From the NCBI RefSeq assembly GCF_031769215.1, contig NW_026782269.1, forward strand, positions 682,001-746,000: a stretch of DNA of 64,000 bases. Reading direction: 5' to 3'. Made by a program: the position numbers and the translations under genes. This DNA is from Ylistrum balloti (lineage: Eukaryota). The stretch's first letter is position 1, and the number at the start of each line of letters is the position of its first letter. The notes beneath the pieces were generated by a model. That model ran no database searches. It saw nothing but the letters and a program-made list of their open reading frames with translations, and had not been told where the DNA came from. Positions 1-12,960 of the stretch are shown piece by piece.

Positions 1-897
1 TGAAATATATATTTTAATAGCTATATTTTCGTTAATATGTATTGTATTATTGTACCTAGCATAAATAAGACATTGAACAATTATAGAATTATGTTTATCA
101 CATAACTACCCTATTATCGGTGTATTAACACCATATACATAAATATTTCTTATAAGACATTTATAAAATGGCCTAGTGAAGCGGTGATTGACTGGAACAT
201 AGCTTCCTGGGGTCATTTAAATAGTGGCATGACATAGAGTTAGAATGATAACATTTTAGTTTTTACATCAGTTTGATATAATGCTGTTCTCTCAACGTGT
301 TATAAATGTATCCAAGTTAAGTGATAAACAGAGTCTTGAATTTTGATTTTTATCTCGCTAAATGTTTTCATATTTTGACTGGTTTAACAAATTCATATGA
401 CTGGAAACCTGTACAAGATCCTCTATTTTTGTGAAGATTGCGTAAAAGACACGTAAAAGTCAAGCACTATCTAATGCAAATTTATTCAAAGTAAGTCAGA
501 GAAGAGCTTACTATAGAATAAATTACACCAAGAAACTGTTTCATCACTTCCCTTACTTACGAGTGATACTGAGGGCCTACATTTTGAAACCCGACATACG
601 GCTGAGGGATAACAAAAGTGATCAAATGTGAAAACCTAAAAATAGGAAGATGCATTTGCCCGTAAATACCATATATTTTGAAAATTGTGGAACAACGTCA
701 AATACACGTGTATATTGTGAACAGTGCCATTCCGCAAATGAATTATAACGCGGCATGCAGGTTACAGCAAACATTGCGGACTTAAAGTCCACTTGTAGTT
801 TGACAATTGCATAACCTGATAATGGAAACTATAATTTGAAAATTAATATAACCAAATTATTATGGAAAAAGGTATAATTTAATTTCATTTTTACCAG

Positions 898-1066
898 AAT
901 CTGTTGGATATGAAGAAAAGGACAAAACATCTGCTCGAGATGATTCTACAGCGACCATCGGCAGCTGAAAAGGTCTTGGTATGCTTAGACAAGTCAGGAA
1001 ATAGTCACATAGCAAAACAGATTCGACAGCTGATTCCGAAAAAATCCGGCAATACAGCTGCAGATG
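898..1066 (+). CDS. Copy A exon: C-terminal half of CARD-like domain (NLLDMKKRTKHLLEMILQRPSAAEKVLVCLDKSGNSHIAKQIRQL)
   Basis: ttaccag acceptor and G|gtaat donor. The pattern fits CARD helices 4-6 (R.K.LL-x-L, L-x-x-L-x-x-S-G-x-x-H-I-A). Confidence 0.75.
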
Positions 1067-4000
1067 GTAATGTTAAATACTGACACTGTATAAATATTTT
1101 ATTTCCCTATTAATATCAAGTCACACTATCAACGATCAGATTACGGCATTCCATTGTAGACATCTATAAAACCCAGTCAGGGGAAACACTCAAGAGAAGG
1201 TCGTTATCAGTGTTACTCTATTGATGTACAGCTTCTCGAAAGAAGGTCGTTATCCTTGTTACTCTATTGATGTACAGTTCCACTAGAGAAGGTCGTTATC
1301 CTTGTTACTCTATTGATGTACAGTTCCACTAGAGAAGGTCGTTATCCTTGTTACTCTATTGATGTACAGTTCCACGAGAGAAGGTCGTTATCCTTGTTAC
1401 TCTATTGATGTACAGTTCCACTAGATAAGGTCGTTATCGGTACAGCTACACAAGAGAAGGTCGTTATACTTGTTACTCTATTGATGTACAGTTCCACTAG
1501 AGAAGGTCGTTATCAGTGTTACTCTATTGATGTACAGTTCCACTAGAGAAGGTCGTTATCAGTGTTACTATATTAATGTACAGTTCCGCTGGAGGAGGTC
1601 CTATCCTTGTTACTCTATTGATGTACAGTTCCACTAGAGAAGGTCGTTATCCTTGTTACTCTATTGATGTACAGTTCCACTAGAGAAGGTCGTTATCCTT
1701 GTTACTCTATTGATGTACAGTTCCACTAGAGAAGGTCGTTATCCTTGTTACTCTATTGATGTACAGTTCCACTAGAGAAGGTCGTCGTTATCCTTGTTAC
1801 TCTATTGATGTACAGTTCCACTAGAGAAGGTCGTTATCCTTGTTACTCTATTGATGTACAGTTCCACTAGAGAAGGTCGTTATCCTTGTTACTCTATTGA
1901 TGTACAGTTCCACTAGAGAAGGTCGTTATCAGTGTTACTCTATTGATGTACAGTTCCACTAGAGAAGGTCGTTATCAGTGTTACTCTATTGATGAATAAC
2001 AACATTATTGTATTACAATGTTATATGTAAGAAATAACATAGATTGCGATGCTTCCTTGGATGCCTGAGGTACATGATGGAAGCTAACTAGCACTGAATC
2101 ACTACCTTAGACATAGATTGTACTTTCTCGTTGATGTTCCTGATATATACTCTAATTTCAAAGTAATTGTTCCGTATTATTTCTGATTAACTGATGTTTC
2201 AGTTTTACAATATATTTTACTATTGTTTGCTATAAACCCGTAAAATCGTATCTTGTTTATTGACTGGTATTGTATTAACAATTTCAACGTGGCTATGTCC
2301 ATTTGTACTTCAATAATACCATTATTAGAAAAATGGCGTTCAGTATTGGTTTTCCGCGGGGATGATGGAACGTGGAAAGTGCTTGATCCAAAAGTGGCTA
2401 AAAAGCTTCAGAGAGAGCTAGGATGTGCCTTACCGGCGGGTAACAGACGTTTTGAGTAGGTGTTTCTCCTATTTATTAAGGATTCATTGAAATATTTGTA
2501 TTAAACTTTATACTGTTATATTATCATTATTGATAAAAAATATGTCAGTCCTCCACTGTGCGTTTATGAGAACAATTGTGTTAGGTATATGAAGTTGTAT
2601 ATCTGGAGGATGTAGGATGTAATTTTTAATTTCCCAAGTTATTACAAACACTTGTCACAGACAAAACACCTGAATCATTTTAAAAGGAAATCCAAAGAAT
2701 ATACACTATCTACCAATGTCAAAGTTCCGGATTAATTGGTCTCTGCAATCTGTACAGGTTGATATCCCTGACTGTCTCTGATGACTCGACAGAGAAAGAT
2801 ATTGAAGAAATCGCCAATGAGTTCAGAAACCGGGAGATTGGTACGACCGTAACACTGGTCTGCAGGCATAAAGCAGACGACTATCAAGCCGAAAGCTTTG
2901 TGCACATCCTTTCATCAGAGGGAGCATCAAGGGAAATCACTCGACTGCAGGAACAAGGATACACCAGAGGCCCAATGGAATTGGCTGATTTTAATGTCAT
3001 GGACGGGGAAACCGTCGAGTTGTATATGTCTGGTAATATCGGACTGGAGGACAAAGGTAGAAGGTTACAACAAGGAAAGGTAACGGATTTACTATACAAA
3101 GCCCATAAAGACGTTTGCAAACTGAACTTTAATATATACGTCGTCGACAAAACATCTCCAGGTCAAATGGATGACGACAGGTATCGAGGACTGCTTCATT
3201 ACAGAGTCAGAGCTAGGGAACCTCTTAAGGAGAGGACTGACGCGGTCGAGGTAACCTGGGTAAAGGTGAGATTGTAAGGGGATTAAGAAAATGAGGTCGA
3301 AGTAATCATATCAGATGTGTGATGGTATGGCTGAATCAGCCGAGGTAATTATATCGGATGTATGATAAGGTTGAAGCAACCAAAGTTACCTTAGCAGGTG
3401 TGTGATGGTAGGACTGAGGCGACCGAGGTAACCGTAAGAGGTGTGCGTTGGTAGGGCTGAATCAGCAAAGGTAACCGTATCAGGTATGTATAACAGTGGT
3501 GACACAGTAGAAGTAACCTTTGAATGTTTATATAACAGTGGTGACACTGTAGAAATAACATTTAGATGTTTATATAACAGTGATGACACTGTACAAGTAA
3601 CCTTTGAATGTTAATATAACAGTGATGACATAGTAGAAGTAACCTTTGGATGATTATATAACAGTGATGACACTGTAGAAGTAACCTTTGGATGTTTATA
3701 TAACAGTGATGACACTGTAGAAGTAACCTTTGGATGTTTATATAACAGTGATGACACTGTAGAAGTAACCTTTGAATGTTTATATAACAGTGGAGACACA
3801 GTAGAAGTAACCTTTGGATGGTTATATCAGAGTGATGAAACATTAGAAGTAGATTAATATTCTGGATGAAGGTTACCTGTGATTAGTAAAATTGACAACA
3901 AAATCCTGATTCATGTATTGTTTTCTTATTTTCTTAATTTCTTAAACAAAGGTATGATATAAAAAAGCAATTAACAAATTTAATGTAAAAAATTGCTTTG

Positions 4001-5892
4001 TTACAAAATCCGATAAAATGGTTTGTTAAACGTGCATAATTGACCACAGAAAATCATGTTCACGTTTTCCCTATTATCATCAAATTTTATGATCTTAAAC
4101 TATTTTACCTAAAGGAAACTGAGGTTAAGAATAACAAAAAAAGTTAAGCTTCTGAAAATAAAAGACAATAATTCTAATAAAAATCGCAAAAACTTCAAAT
4201 TATATATGTCGTTGTTCTGGAAGATAAATCTAATATTCCCATATGTTTATTTTTAGGTGTCGAAGCGCTATTTAGCACACTTATCTATGAATGGAGACAG
4301 TAAGTATTTTTTTTCCAAATATCTTTCGAGAAATATTGAAATGTTGGGAAATAGTACTACAGTATTACTGTATATAGTGAGTATATGTTCCACCTTTTTT
4401 TCTTCTACATCACACATTGTGACCTGTGTAGATGTCTTATAGGTATTTACCTACTGTTATTTGTAAAAATTCTACAAAATAAGTTTTAGTTTTCGTGTAT
4501 TGTACAGTGCAAGCGCTGGGCAAATTCGTCAGTTCAAAGATGGCTAACGGGCAGGAAATGCACCGTGTGTTTGTTACCATGGACACGCCGAAAACAGTGA
4601 AAGAAATAGAAGACCGTGTTGAGAGACAATGCAAGAATGACACAGATATCATCAAATACGAGACAACGCTGTTCATATGGGCAAATCAAAACAAAGACGA
4701 AAAAGACATACAGGTGACATCTCCGTATTATCAACCACGCATAAATTAAAACTATATCAGCAATCATAAATTCAGGAAATGATCATGGAAAACTTCACAT
4801 TGGTACATTTAAATAAAACTCTGGAAGGGGAAGCAATCATCATGTTAATCCAGGTTCAACAATGTAATGTAAGGTTCTCAAAATTCAGATCGAGGTAATG
4901 AACAACTGAACAACCAGACACAGAAACAAACAGACCACAAACGTAATGAACAAGGAATCCGATTGTTTTTCAATGAGTTGATGGTGATCATAAAATTTCT
5001 CCTCTTGAAAGCAACATTATTCCTTTCAACTGTTGATATCATTCAGACCATCAAATATCAAAATACATTTCGACAAGTAAACACTTTAAACTTGGATGCA
5101 GGAATTTGCTATCTTAAACGAATATTAAAATATATAATAAAAATCCAATAATCACGTCTGTATTGACAACGTAACATTTATTTGTCTCTGGGAAGTAGTA
5201 ATAACTGATTGTTTTATAGATTGAGAAGATTCTACATGCTGTTAAAAGTTACTCATGGTGTGACGAAGCCCGTCGGTTTGTCAGATTCTACACGAAATCA
5301 GGTAACAATCAGTTTGTTTTCATTGAATCTGGTCCTTTAGAGCACAGGGATGGGGCTCAAAACAGAAATGGAGGAAACACCTCAAGTGTGAAGGTTATTT
5401 ATCGATATTTGTTCTTGTTTAATCCTGAGTGAATATGACTCAATGTTACATAACCGGAAGATCTGACCTCATCGGACAAACAAGGACACGTCCGACAAGT
5501 GAAATATAGATCTTTAAAATTCATTCATATTCTTCTGTTCAGAGGTGCGGGTGGGTTATGAGGGGTTGGCAATTGTGGGTAAATGCGTTCAATTCCATCT
5601 ATTTTTTGTAGGTCTGTTCTCGGAGATGTCACTTCTGGCAATGTCAAAGCTGTTGGGGCCGGAATGGAAGGATTTGGCGGTCCTTCTGAAAATACCACAG
5701 GTGCAGATCGATTATATCAAGACCATGCAGCTCAGTGAACAAGACGCGAAGGGGAAAATGCTTGATAAGTTCCGCCTGACACACTACGCCATCGGCTTCG
5801 GCGAAAAACTTCCGGATGTATTCTTAAAGTCCCTTCAGCAGTGCAAGTGCAGTGACGAACTTCTGGCGTACGTGAAGTCGAAACTGAACTGA
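898..5892 (+). CDS. Death-fold gene copy A, 3' part (C-half of CARD - partial ZU5/UPA - DD - DD). Exons 898-1066, 2329-2455, 2758-3265, 4257-4299, 4508-4713, 5220-5301, 5612-5892
   Basis: All seven exons have AG/GT boundaries with matching phases and total 1416 nt (472 codons) with no internal stop. Every exon is conserved at the same position in copy B, while the introns diverge. Position 1 aligns with copy B 28115, so the preceding CARD exon lies just off the left edge. The donor of exon 2758 could be at 3250 or 3265 (both phase 0). Confidence 0.85.
1193..1994 (+). repeat. 46-bp intronic minisatellite (~17 units)
   Basis: Unit AGAGAAGGTCGTTATCCTTGTTACTCTATTGATGTACAGTTCCACT; the same family occurs at 28851-29213. 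Confidence 0.95.
2758..3265 (+). CDS. Copy A exon: end of ZU5 plus UPA-like domain
   Basis: QGYTRGPMELADFNVMDGETVELYMSGNI...LNFNIYVVDK...RGLLHY aligns by eye with ankyrin UPA (QENF...[21 protein letters not shown]...RLPLFVKVRD...CGRLSF). Confidence 0.7.
3266..3850 (+). repeat. ~42-bp intronic minisatellite, degenerate near the exon and homogeneous at 3490-3850
   Basis: Distal unit GTAGAAGTAACCTTTGGATGTTTATATAACAGTGATGACACT; proximal units repeat the GAGGTAACC motif. Confidence 0.85.
4508..5301 (+). CDS. Copy A death domain 1, split over exons 4508-4713 and 5220-5301
   Basis: MQALGKFVSSKMANGQEMHRVFVTM...KYETTLFIWANQNKDEKDIQIEKILHAVKSY shows a DD-like helical pattern with the L-x-x-W motif. 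Confidence 0.6.
5612..5892 (+). CDS. Copy A terminal exon: death domain 2
   Basis: LLAMSKLLGPEWKDLAVLLKIPQVQIDYIK...KMLDKFR is a typical DD (LG-x-EW-x-x-LA-x-x-L...I-D-x-I). Stop at 5890-5892. Confidence 0.85.
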
Positions 5893-7479
5893 CTTTTTTT
5901 ACATATATTAAAAGACATTGCCCATTTTAATGATCTTGCTCTACTGAAAACGAGGGTTGTCATCGTCGGTGGAAAGATTACAAAACTGATTACGAAAATT
6001 AATTTAATTCACACAAACCCAGCCCCCCTCCCCCCTCCCCACACACACACACGTTCGGAGAAAGATTTCTAAATAAAGCATATAAAATACATTGAGTAAT
6101 ATTCATGTGTAAGAGATAGCATAAACATGCAATGCAAGCAATTTAACAAGAATACTTAATACATTTTAATATACTTTCGTCTAATTTCAATATATGATGG
6201 ACATTGTAAGATGAAATGGGACTCGTCTTCAGTTTCATTTCACTTCATATATTCTACGTGTCCTCTCAATGTTGTGATAGCGACCATTTTCAAATATTTA
6301 ACTGGTGTGAAAGCAATCTAATACTAACTATACATTTTACATACATCCTCAATAGGCTTCAGTAAGGAAAGTAATACGGCAGACAAAAATGGTCAATTAG
6401 ATGTTTATATAGGTCATCTGGAGCAGCATTAATATGCCTTGCTCTTATGCCTCAGTATAACAATATTTAAATATTTGTTCTATTATTCTGTACATATTAT
6501 TATTTATACATTTAATGTTCCAAATGTATGATGAACCTAATATATCAATTTCTTGTGTGATTTTGTATATCTACTTATATTTCATAGTAATCTATTTATA
6601 CACCGTCGCTGTCTACCAAGATCTTATTATTCAAAATCAGAACCTATATTATTTTGACACCAAGCAATCGTATACAAAACCCAGAATGAAGTTTCTCTAT
6701 ATCTGGTACGTTGTGAAAGCCCCATATCTCGTTTCCATATTCTAGTATGCTATTGACATATGTATCAAACACAATTAATTTACTTTTAATTGCGAATAAA
6801 AAGCGTGGATAGCAACATGTTTCTGAGTTACGTTGAATTAATTAACTATAGCGATTTATTGGTTGTCCACTTTTCTGCATCTCTTATATTCCCACTATTT
6901 CGAAAAATGATAATCTTAGTTTTGGAGGCATCAAATTTTAACTTCCATTCTAAGTTGTATACACACAATGAATATTTAAAGTTTCTGCAATGCTTCTGGT
7001 TTCTCTGCAACAAAAGTGTTTTCTTCAGTGTCCAGACTGCAGTTTATTGATATGTTTGAACAAAACAAAAACGGCCTTGTTAGGGTCACCAATGTTTCAA
7101 AAATGGTCCCTTTGACTCTAGAATTACGCTTACTTTCTCTCATCACTTTCTCAATGATAGTTTAAAAAAATCCTGATTAAAAAAAAGTTAAAAAAATTCT
7201 AAAAGACAATTTTATTTTTCCAAATTTTACACTACCATACCCTATTTATAACTGAAAACTTAATTCAATCAGATTTCTATTAAAATAATGTAATGTTGTG
7301 TAGCTGACAAATGATTATACGTGGTATTGCAATAAAATGAATTTTAAATTATTATATTTCTTTTTAAATATTGAATAGTGTTTTGTCATCATTCAACTTT
7401 CATATCAATATTGTTAATATCCATCCGGGCAACCGCTGTAAAATGAAGTTAGTTTCCCAACCGTAGCTAAGATGTAATG

Positions 7480-9192
7480 TGGTAAATAATGAACATGTAA
7501 ATATGAAATTAGGTTAAAAATTGCAAAGAATATCGGTCGTTTGAAATTAGTAGCATTCTAAATAGCATTTGGCTACCACTCGGTCAGTGTACAAATATTT
7601 CTTCGTTGGTACATACAAACCCCCATCCATGAATGACAATACTTTCTCAAACGATCTGACTACCGATAGTATTTTCATAAAATTCGTCAATGTTATGATT
7701 TTAGAAGATCTGAAATTTGACTGTCTTGATGAAAGTAACGGCAAACATCTTCTGGACCTCACTAGTAAAATTACGAAAGTTACTTGTTTTATGAAGGGTT
7801 GTGTCCCTTCTTTAGTTGATGTCATTCTCACTAACTGCCCTAGCCTTTGTTTAAACCAATACGTTTTAACTGTGGTCTAAGTGACTGTCACAACTTAATT
7901 GGAACTGTTATAAGAGGTCCAGCACCGTGTTTACCTCGAAGTAAGTGTAAGTTTAGAAGTTTTAGAAATTTTGAACCAGATGTTTTTAACTCAGAATTCT
8001 CTAAAGTTCCTTTCCATGTGTCTTACATTTTTGATGATACAGAGGATATCTACTGGGCTCATGATAAGTTAATGGGAGAAGTTGTTGATGCCCTTATACC
8101 TGTTAAGGAACGTAGACTAATCCAGAGAAATTTCAAACGATTTGTTTTGGTAAGAAGACAAGCAACTCTGTAAATTCTTTTGATATTGAAGGTTTGGAGA
8201 TATCATATCAAGAAAGTGTCAAATCATTAGGTATTGATATTGACTTTCTTCTTAAATTTGATATTCATGTTTCTCGCCTTTGCAGAAATGCTTCTAAACG
8301 ACTTGCCGTTTTAAAAATACTGGGAAATAATCTTACCAAGAAAGGAAAAGTTACTATTTTTAAGTCTTTTATATTGTCAATTTTTAATTATTGTCCCCTT
8401 GCCTTTCATTTTTGTACACTAACAAATACTAGGAAAATGGAGAAAGTGCAGGAACGTGCTCTTCGTTATATTGAAAATGACAATACATCTCCAGTTTCTG
8501 ATATTTTAAGAAAATTTAAACTTGATTTTTTATATGTGGTACGTATTAAGTGTATGGCCTCTGAGGTTTTTAAGATTTTAAGTGGCATGTCCCAAACCAT
8601 TTTAAAGGCCTTATTGAGAGGTATGAAGTATTTTATAATCTTAGGCAGGATAATCTGGTAAGGATTCCAAAGGTGAACAACTCCACGTATGGGAAGAGGT
8701 CTTTCCGGTTTACAGCTTCCTAGGTTTATAACAGCTTACCCAATCAGATGAGATTAGCCAAGAATTACGACTCTTTTCTGAGGCTGCTACACACCTGGGA
8801 TGCTGAGCTCTGTTCCTGTGCTTTCTGTACACATGCTACTGTGTAAGTTATTTCCCTTTTGAGTCCTTCACCAGCACTTGTTCATTTAACTAACATTGTA
8901 TATCATGTCAATTTTCATGTTTTGTTATGCTAGCATATATATGTAAATTACACTTGGATAGTGTGTTAACTTCAACATTTAGTGATCCTTGTGTGAGATA
9001 CAAGAATCCATTTTTAAACTGTTTCCTTTTAATTATTATATCTATGACTAAACTAACTGCGATATATTGATACTGATACTGCACTGTGATGTTGTTAATA
9101 TTTTACCTATGTTTGTCGCAAGAATAGCACTACAGTGCTAATGTTTGTCCTATTTGTAATATGTGACTTTAAATAAAACTTCTTGACTCTTG
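7480..9192 (+). mobile_element. Degenerate CR1/L2-like LINE with most of the RT core missing
   Basis: Broken ORFs give the APE endonuclease C-half (VGTYKPP, VMILEDL, LVDVILTN, GLSDCH) and the RT C-terminus (SVKSLGIDIDFLLKFDIHV...IFKSFILSIFNYCP). The 3' end is AATAAAACTTCTTGACTCTTG. The 5' boundary is approximate. Confidence 0.8.
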
Positions 9193-11344
9193 TGTTTCCA
9201 CTCAGTTCGCACTCACTTGTATGTGACTTTTTCGTCTTAAAGATACATAGGATGTTCCTGCATTTTACCAGAGATTAACCTGTTTTTCAAACAATTCATT
9301 TCTTCACATTTGGTGAAAACATTGAAATGATGTTGCTAAAAATGATAAATGTGTGAAATTTTAATAACGTGAATAATTAAATTAGGGGAAAAAATACATA
9401 TAAAAACTACAAACGAATATATCGGATATAATATACTTAGATATATTAAATAGTAAAGCAATAATTTTAATTTGTATTTAGAACAATCAACCATACGTTT
9501 ATAGTGTAAACTGACAAGTAGAATATTATCAAAATAAATCTGTCCTCATTGTGATACAAATGATACAGGTATGCCCAATAGATCAAGGTGAAATTAAAAG
9601 CTAATATCAGTCTACACCTGAACATAAGAAAATTCAAAATATCGTTACATCAGTCAAAATGCAATTTTGTTTAAAAAAACTTATGGATTCCAATCATAAC
9701 AGAATTTAAATACACCATGAATGTGTGAAAAGGTTTTAGTAATATTTGTCCTCCATGATACGATGTGATATAAAGTATGTAACGACAATATAACAACATA
9801 TAATATGATAAAACATGATATATAAAATGGTGTAAAAGGTTTACATGTATTCTATATGCTAATAGTATTAATTACTTTGTTTTACACATATATCACATAC
9901 TTATGTAAAGTAACTGAACTATTAGCATGCTATAATCTAGAATTCGAAAATTATTAATAATCAATTATTTGAAGTATGATAAATAACATAATATTTACAA
10001 AATCAATATATATTTTTTGACATTTATATCTTACAAAAAGTGTAATAAGTTTTCAAAATAGAAAATGAAAATGCTGAAAATATCAGTCACTGAGTACCAA
10101 CAGGTAAGTTTTTACAGGTAAATTTACCATTAAGAACTGACACTACTTTAAGGGAAAACTATATTTACTATCAAAACAAATTGTCCTGTAGGGATATTTA
10201 AAATATTGGTATTCAGAGATACACCAGAATAAATACTGAGATAGCAATAAAAGCCAAGTGGTCTGAATTGTAAACTCAAGCATTGTCGCGATACATGTAA
10301 TTAAAAATTTTAATAATCATTTCTTGATTATGATATCCATTTTATTCATTTATGCAATGATAAATATACAATGACATTGTTGTAATTTGAGAAGTCACTA
10401 TTGATACTAAAGGTCCTTGACGCATTAATATGTCCACGTGATGTAAGAGTGTATGTATTTTAAAACCTCCCTGGCCGAATTATTGAATTATGTACAGGCT
10501 TGCTTCGACCGAACCAGGAAGTTAGTAAACAAAGAATTCGTTTACAGAATCGACAGTTTAAACCGGTCTCCTTACAGCAATTTACCGTACGTCAGGCACG
10601 GATACCGTTCTTCGGCGATATCAGAAACATTGAAGGTAAGGCTCTTAGCATTTTTACATCATTTACAGTGAAATGAGAGAAATTTTTAAGGTTTGAACTA
10701 ATATATATAAAAATAATCCATTAAAATTACACAACACCAATATATATATATATAATCTTTAATTATGATGAAACAAACAAGGATGTTAACAAAAGTATTT
10801 TTTCTCAAACGAGTGACACACATACCACGTAACTGAAATAGATGTTAATTAAATTCTGTTTAATTCTGCAATCAATAGTCCAATCAGCGCGGTTATTAGC
10901 ATTAAACTTATTATCTATTAATCAGCGATATTGTGCCTATCAAAATCCAATATATAAACCACATGAGATACATCCTATATACCGGGATATAGACATACAT
11001 AGAATCGCCTTTTATAAATGCCATCCTTAAGTAGATAAGGGTGGGTTGATTTTTTTTCATACATACGCAAAATTGTATATGGCCTTCGGTACCTCGAACA
11101 CTTACAATCATCTTGTTTGATTTGAATTAATACATCAGAACTTGTTCAAAGCATACAGAGCAGACCAGGACATGCGTCTTTGTTCGGGTTCCTTCTTGCC
11201 CGGTATGAATCGCCTCAGCCCTAGCTTGTCCTCTCTAGAATGTAGTGATTCTAGGATATCCACTTCAGGACAGAGCATCCGAACCCTTTGAATATGAATC
11301 TCCACAGCCCTAGCTTGCCCTCTCTAGAATGTAATAAACCCATA

Positions 11345-12178
11345 CTGAGAGGAAAAAGAAACGCAATTAGGAATTTCCAGGTCAACTACGGGAAAAAGAA
11401 AAGGGTTTTAGAATGTAATTATGGTGTAACTGGAAGATAGTTGACCACTCTGTCATCTACGAGAATTTCATTCGTGTACGTTAAGTGAACCTTTCAAATT
11501 TGACGTTGATTCAAGAGTACCTCGGTCATTCGCTATCACGCAAGCATCTGCATAGCGCTCATGGGTACGTCTATAGACACGACGACGGCCGTCTGCCCGG
11601 TAAAGCGATAACCTGGACTCATCTGAGAACAGGATCCTTCTCCAACGTTGCCGCCAGAAAGCGTAGGTGCGAAAGTCCCATTGCCCTATCCTACCGACGC
11701 GTCGTTACATGAGGGCGACCGTTTCGAGGACGGTCTGCAACCCTTTCGGTGACATGTAGTCTTTGGATGAGACGGCAAATGTTCGATGGATGGACTACAA
11801 ATTGATTAGCGACCTGATTTTGCGGGGTACCTTGCATAAGAAGTGCAATGGCACGACCCCTTTCAACTTCGGACAACCGTGCATTTTTTACAGTGAACTG
11901 TTTATGCTTAAAATGTGGGAAATCAAGACGGATATGTTTGAAGATTCGCACACAAAGATTTTGAACCAATCCTTTATACTGGGTTCGAGATATCGTGCTT
12001 TCGTCTCTCATTCTTTTGTACAAGCGGCGTGCGCAGTTTAGTTCTGCATCAGTGATTTTAATACGGTACCATAGGGACATAACTCAAATGCACACATTTG
12101 TCAAGTTTCAAGGGTGTACGGCAAGGATTTAATTTACAATATTAACATTCTGCTAAGTGCGTTTCTTTTTCCCCTCAG
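11345..12178 (-). mobile_element. Internally deleted Tc1/mariner DNA transposon
   Basis: Imperfect ~26-bp TIRs (CTGAGAGGAAAAAGAAACGCAATTAG / CTAAGTGCGTTTCTTTTTCCCCTCAG) with TA on both sides. HTH peptide RLSEVERGRAIALLMQG...DRPRNGRPHVTT, an in-frame stop, then the remnant VYRRTHERYADACV. No intact DDE domain. Confidence 0.9.
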
Positions 12179-12399
12179 TATAGGATATCCACTTCAAATG
12201 CTGTCATTGTCTCACAGTAAGGCATAAAAATCCACGAACATGTAATACAGTGAGAATTTCCTTCCGTTGTAAAATATAAACCATTTGTATCGGGTTTACA
12301 AATTAATCTTATATAACAGTGATCACATGTAAATTTGAATGGCGTGTTCTGTACAAACCTAACTAACAAAAAACCTAAACAATGCAGAATGATACTGAA

Positions 12400-12960
12400 A
12401 CCAAACCAGGAAGTCAGAATGATAAATTTTGAGTTGATGATGTCTTCTTTCGGATTGGCGGTAAGATAATCTAACTTACTATTTGGAAAACGATGGAAAT
12501 AAACAACCTCTTTCTCTTGACCAGCTTTTCTCATACGAGGCTGAATTTGTCAGAGATCTTATCAAAATATGTCACATAGAGCTTATCAAGTCCTTTAATA
12601 TCACCTTTTAATTACAGAGACGATATATCAGCAATACTATTGTATATACCAACTTAAACAGGAAATCAATGACATGACAGACTCTTCTACATCAGCAATG
12701 TACAGCGATACCAACAGAACCAAAAGAATACTTGTGATAATTTAAATTACCCTTCTCCTTTCTAGATAGTTATATTCCTGTTTCCCGTATTTATGAAATT
12801 CACAAACGTGTTTCATATACCATAATTTCCTGCATGACATCGATAACTGACAGAAAAATAACTCACAAAAATAGGAAATCGAGAAATTCGGGTTGATGAA
12901 AATTATTAGACATTTTATGGTCGCTACAATGATCTCATTGAGAAACATTAATTTTACAAT
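12400..12960 (+). mobile_element. Penelope-like RT remnant
   Basis: Fragmented peptides YEAEFVRDLIK, SFNIT..RDDISA, TDSSTSAMY and FYGRYNDLIEK match Penelope RT motifs. Confidence 0.6.

Noticed and set aside
3562-3843. His/Cys-repeat ORFs
   Set aside because: Translation of the 42-bp intronic minisatellite.
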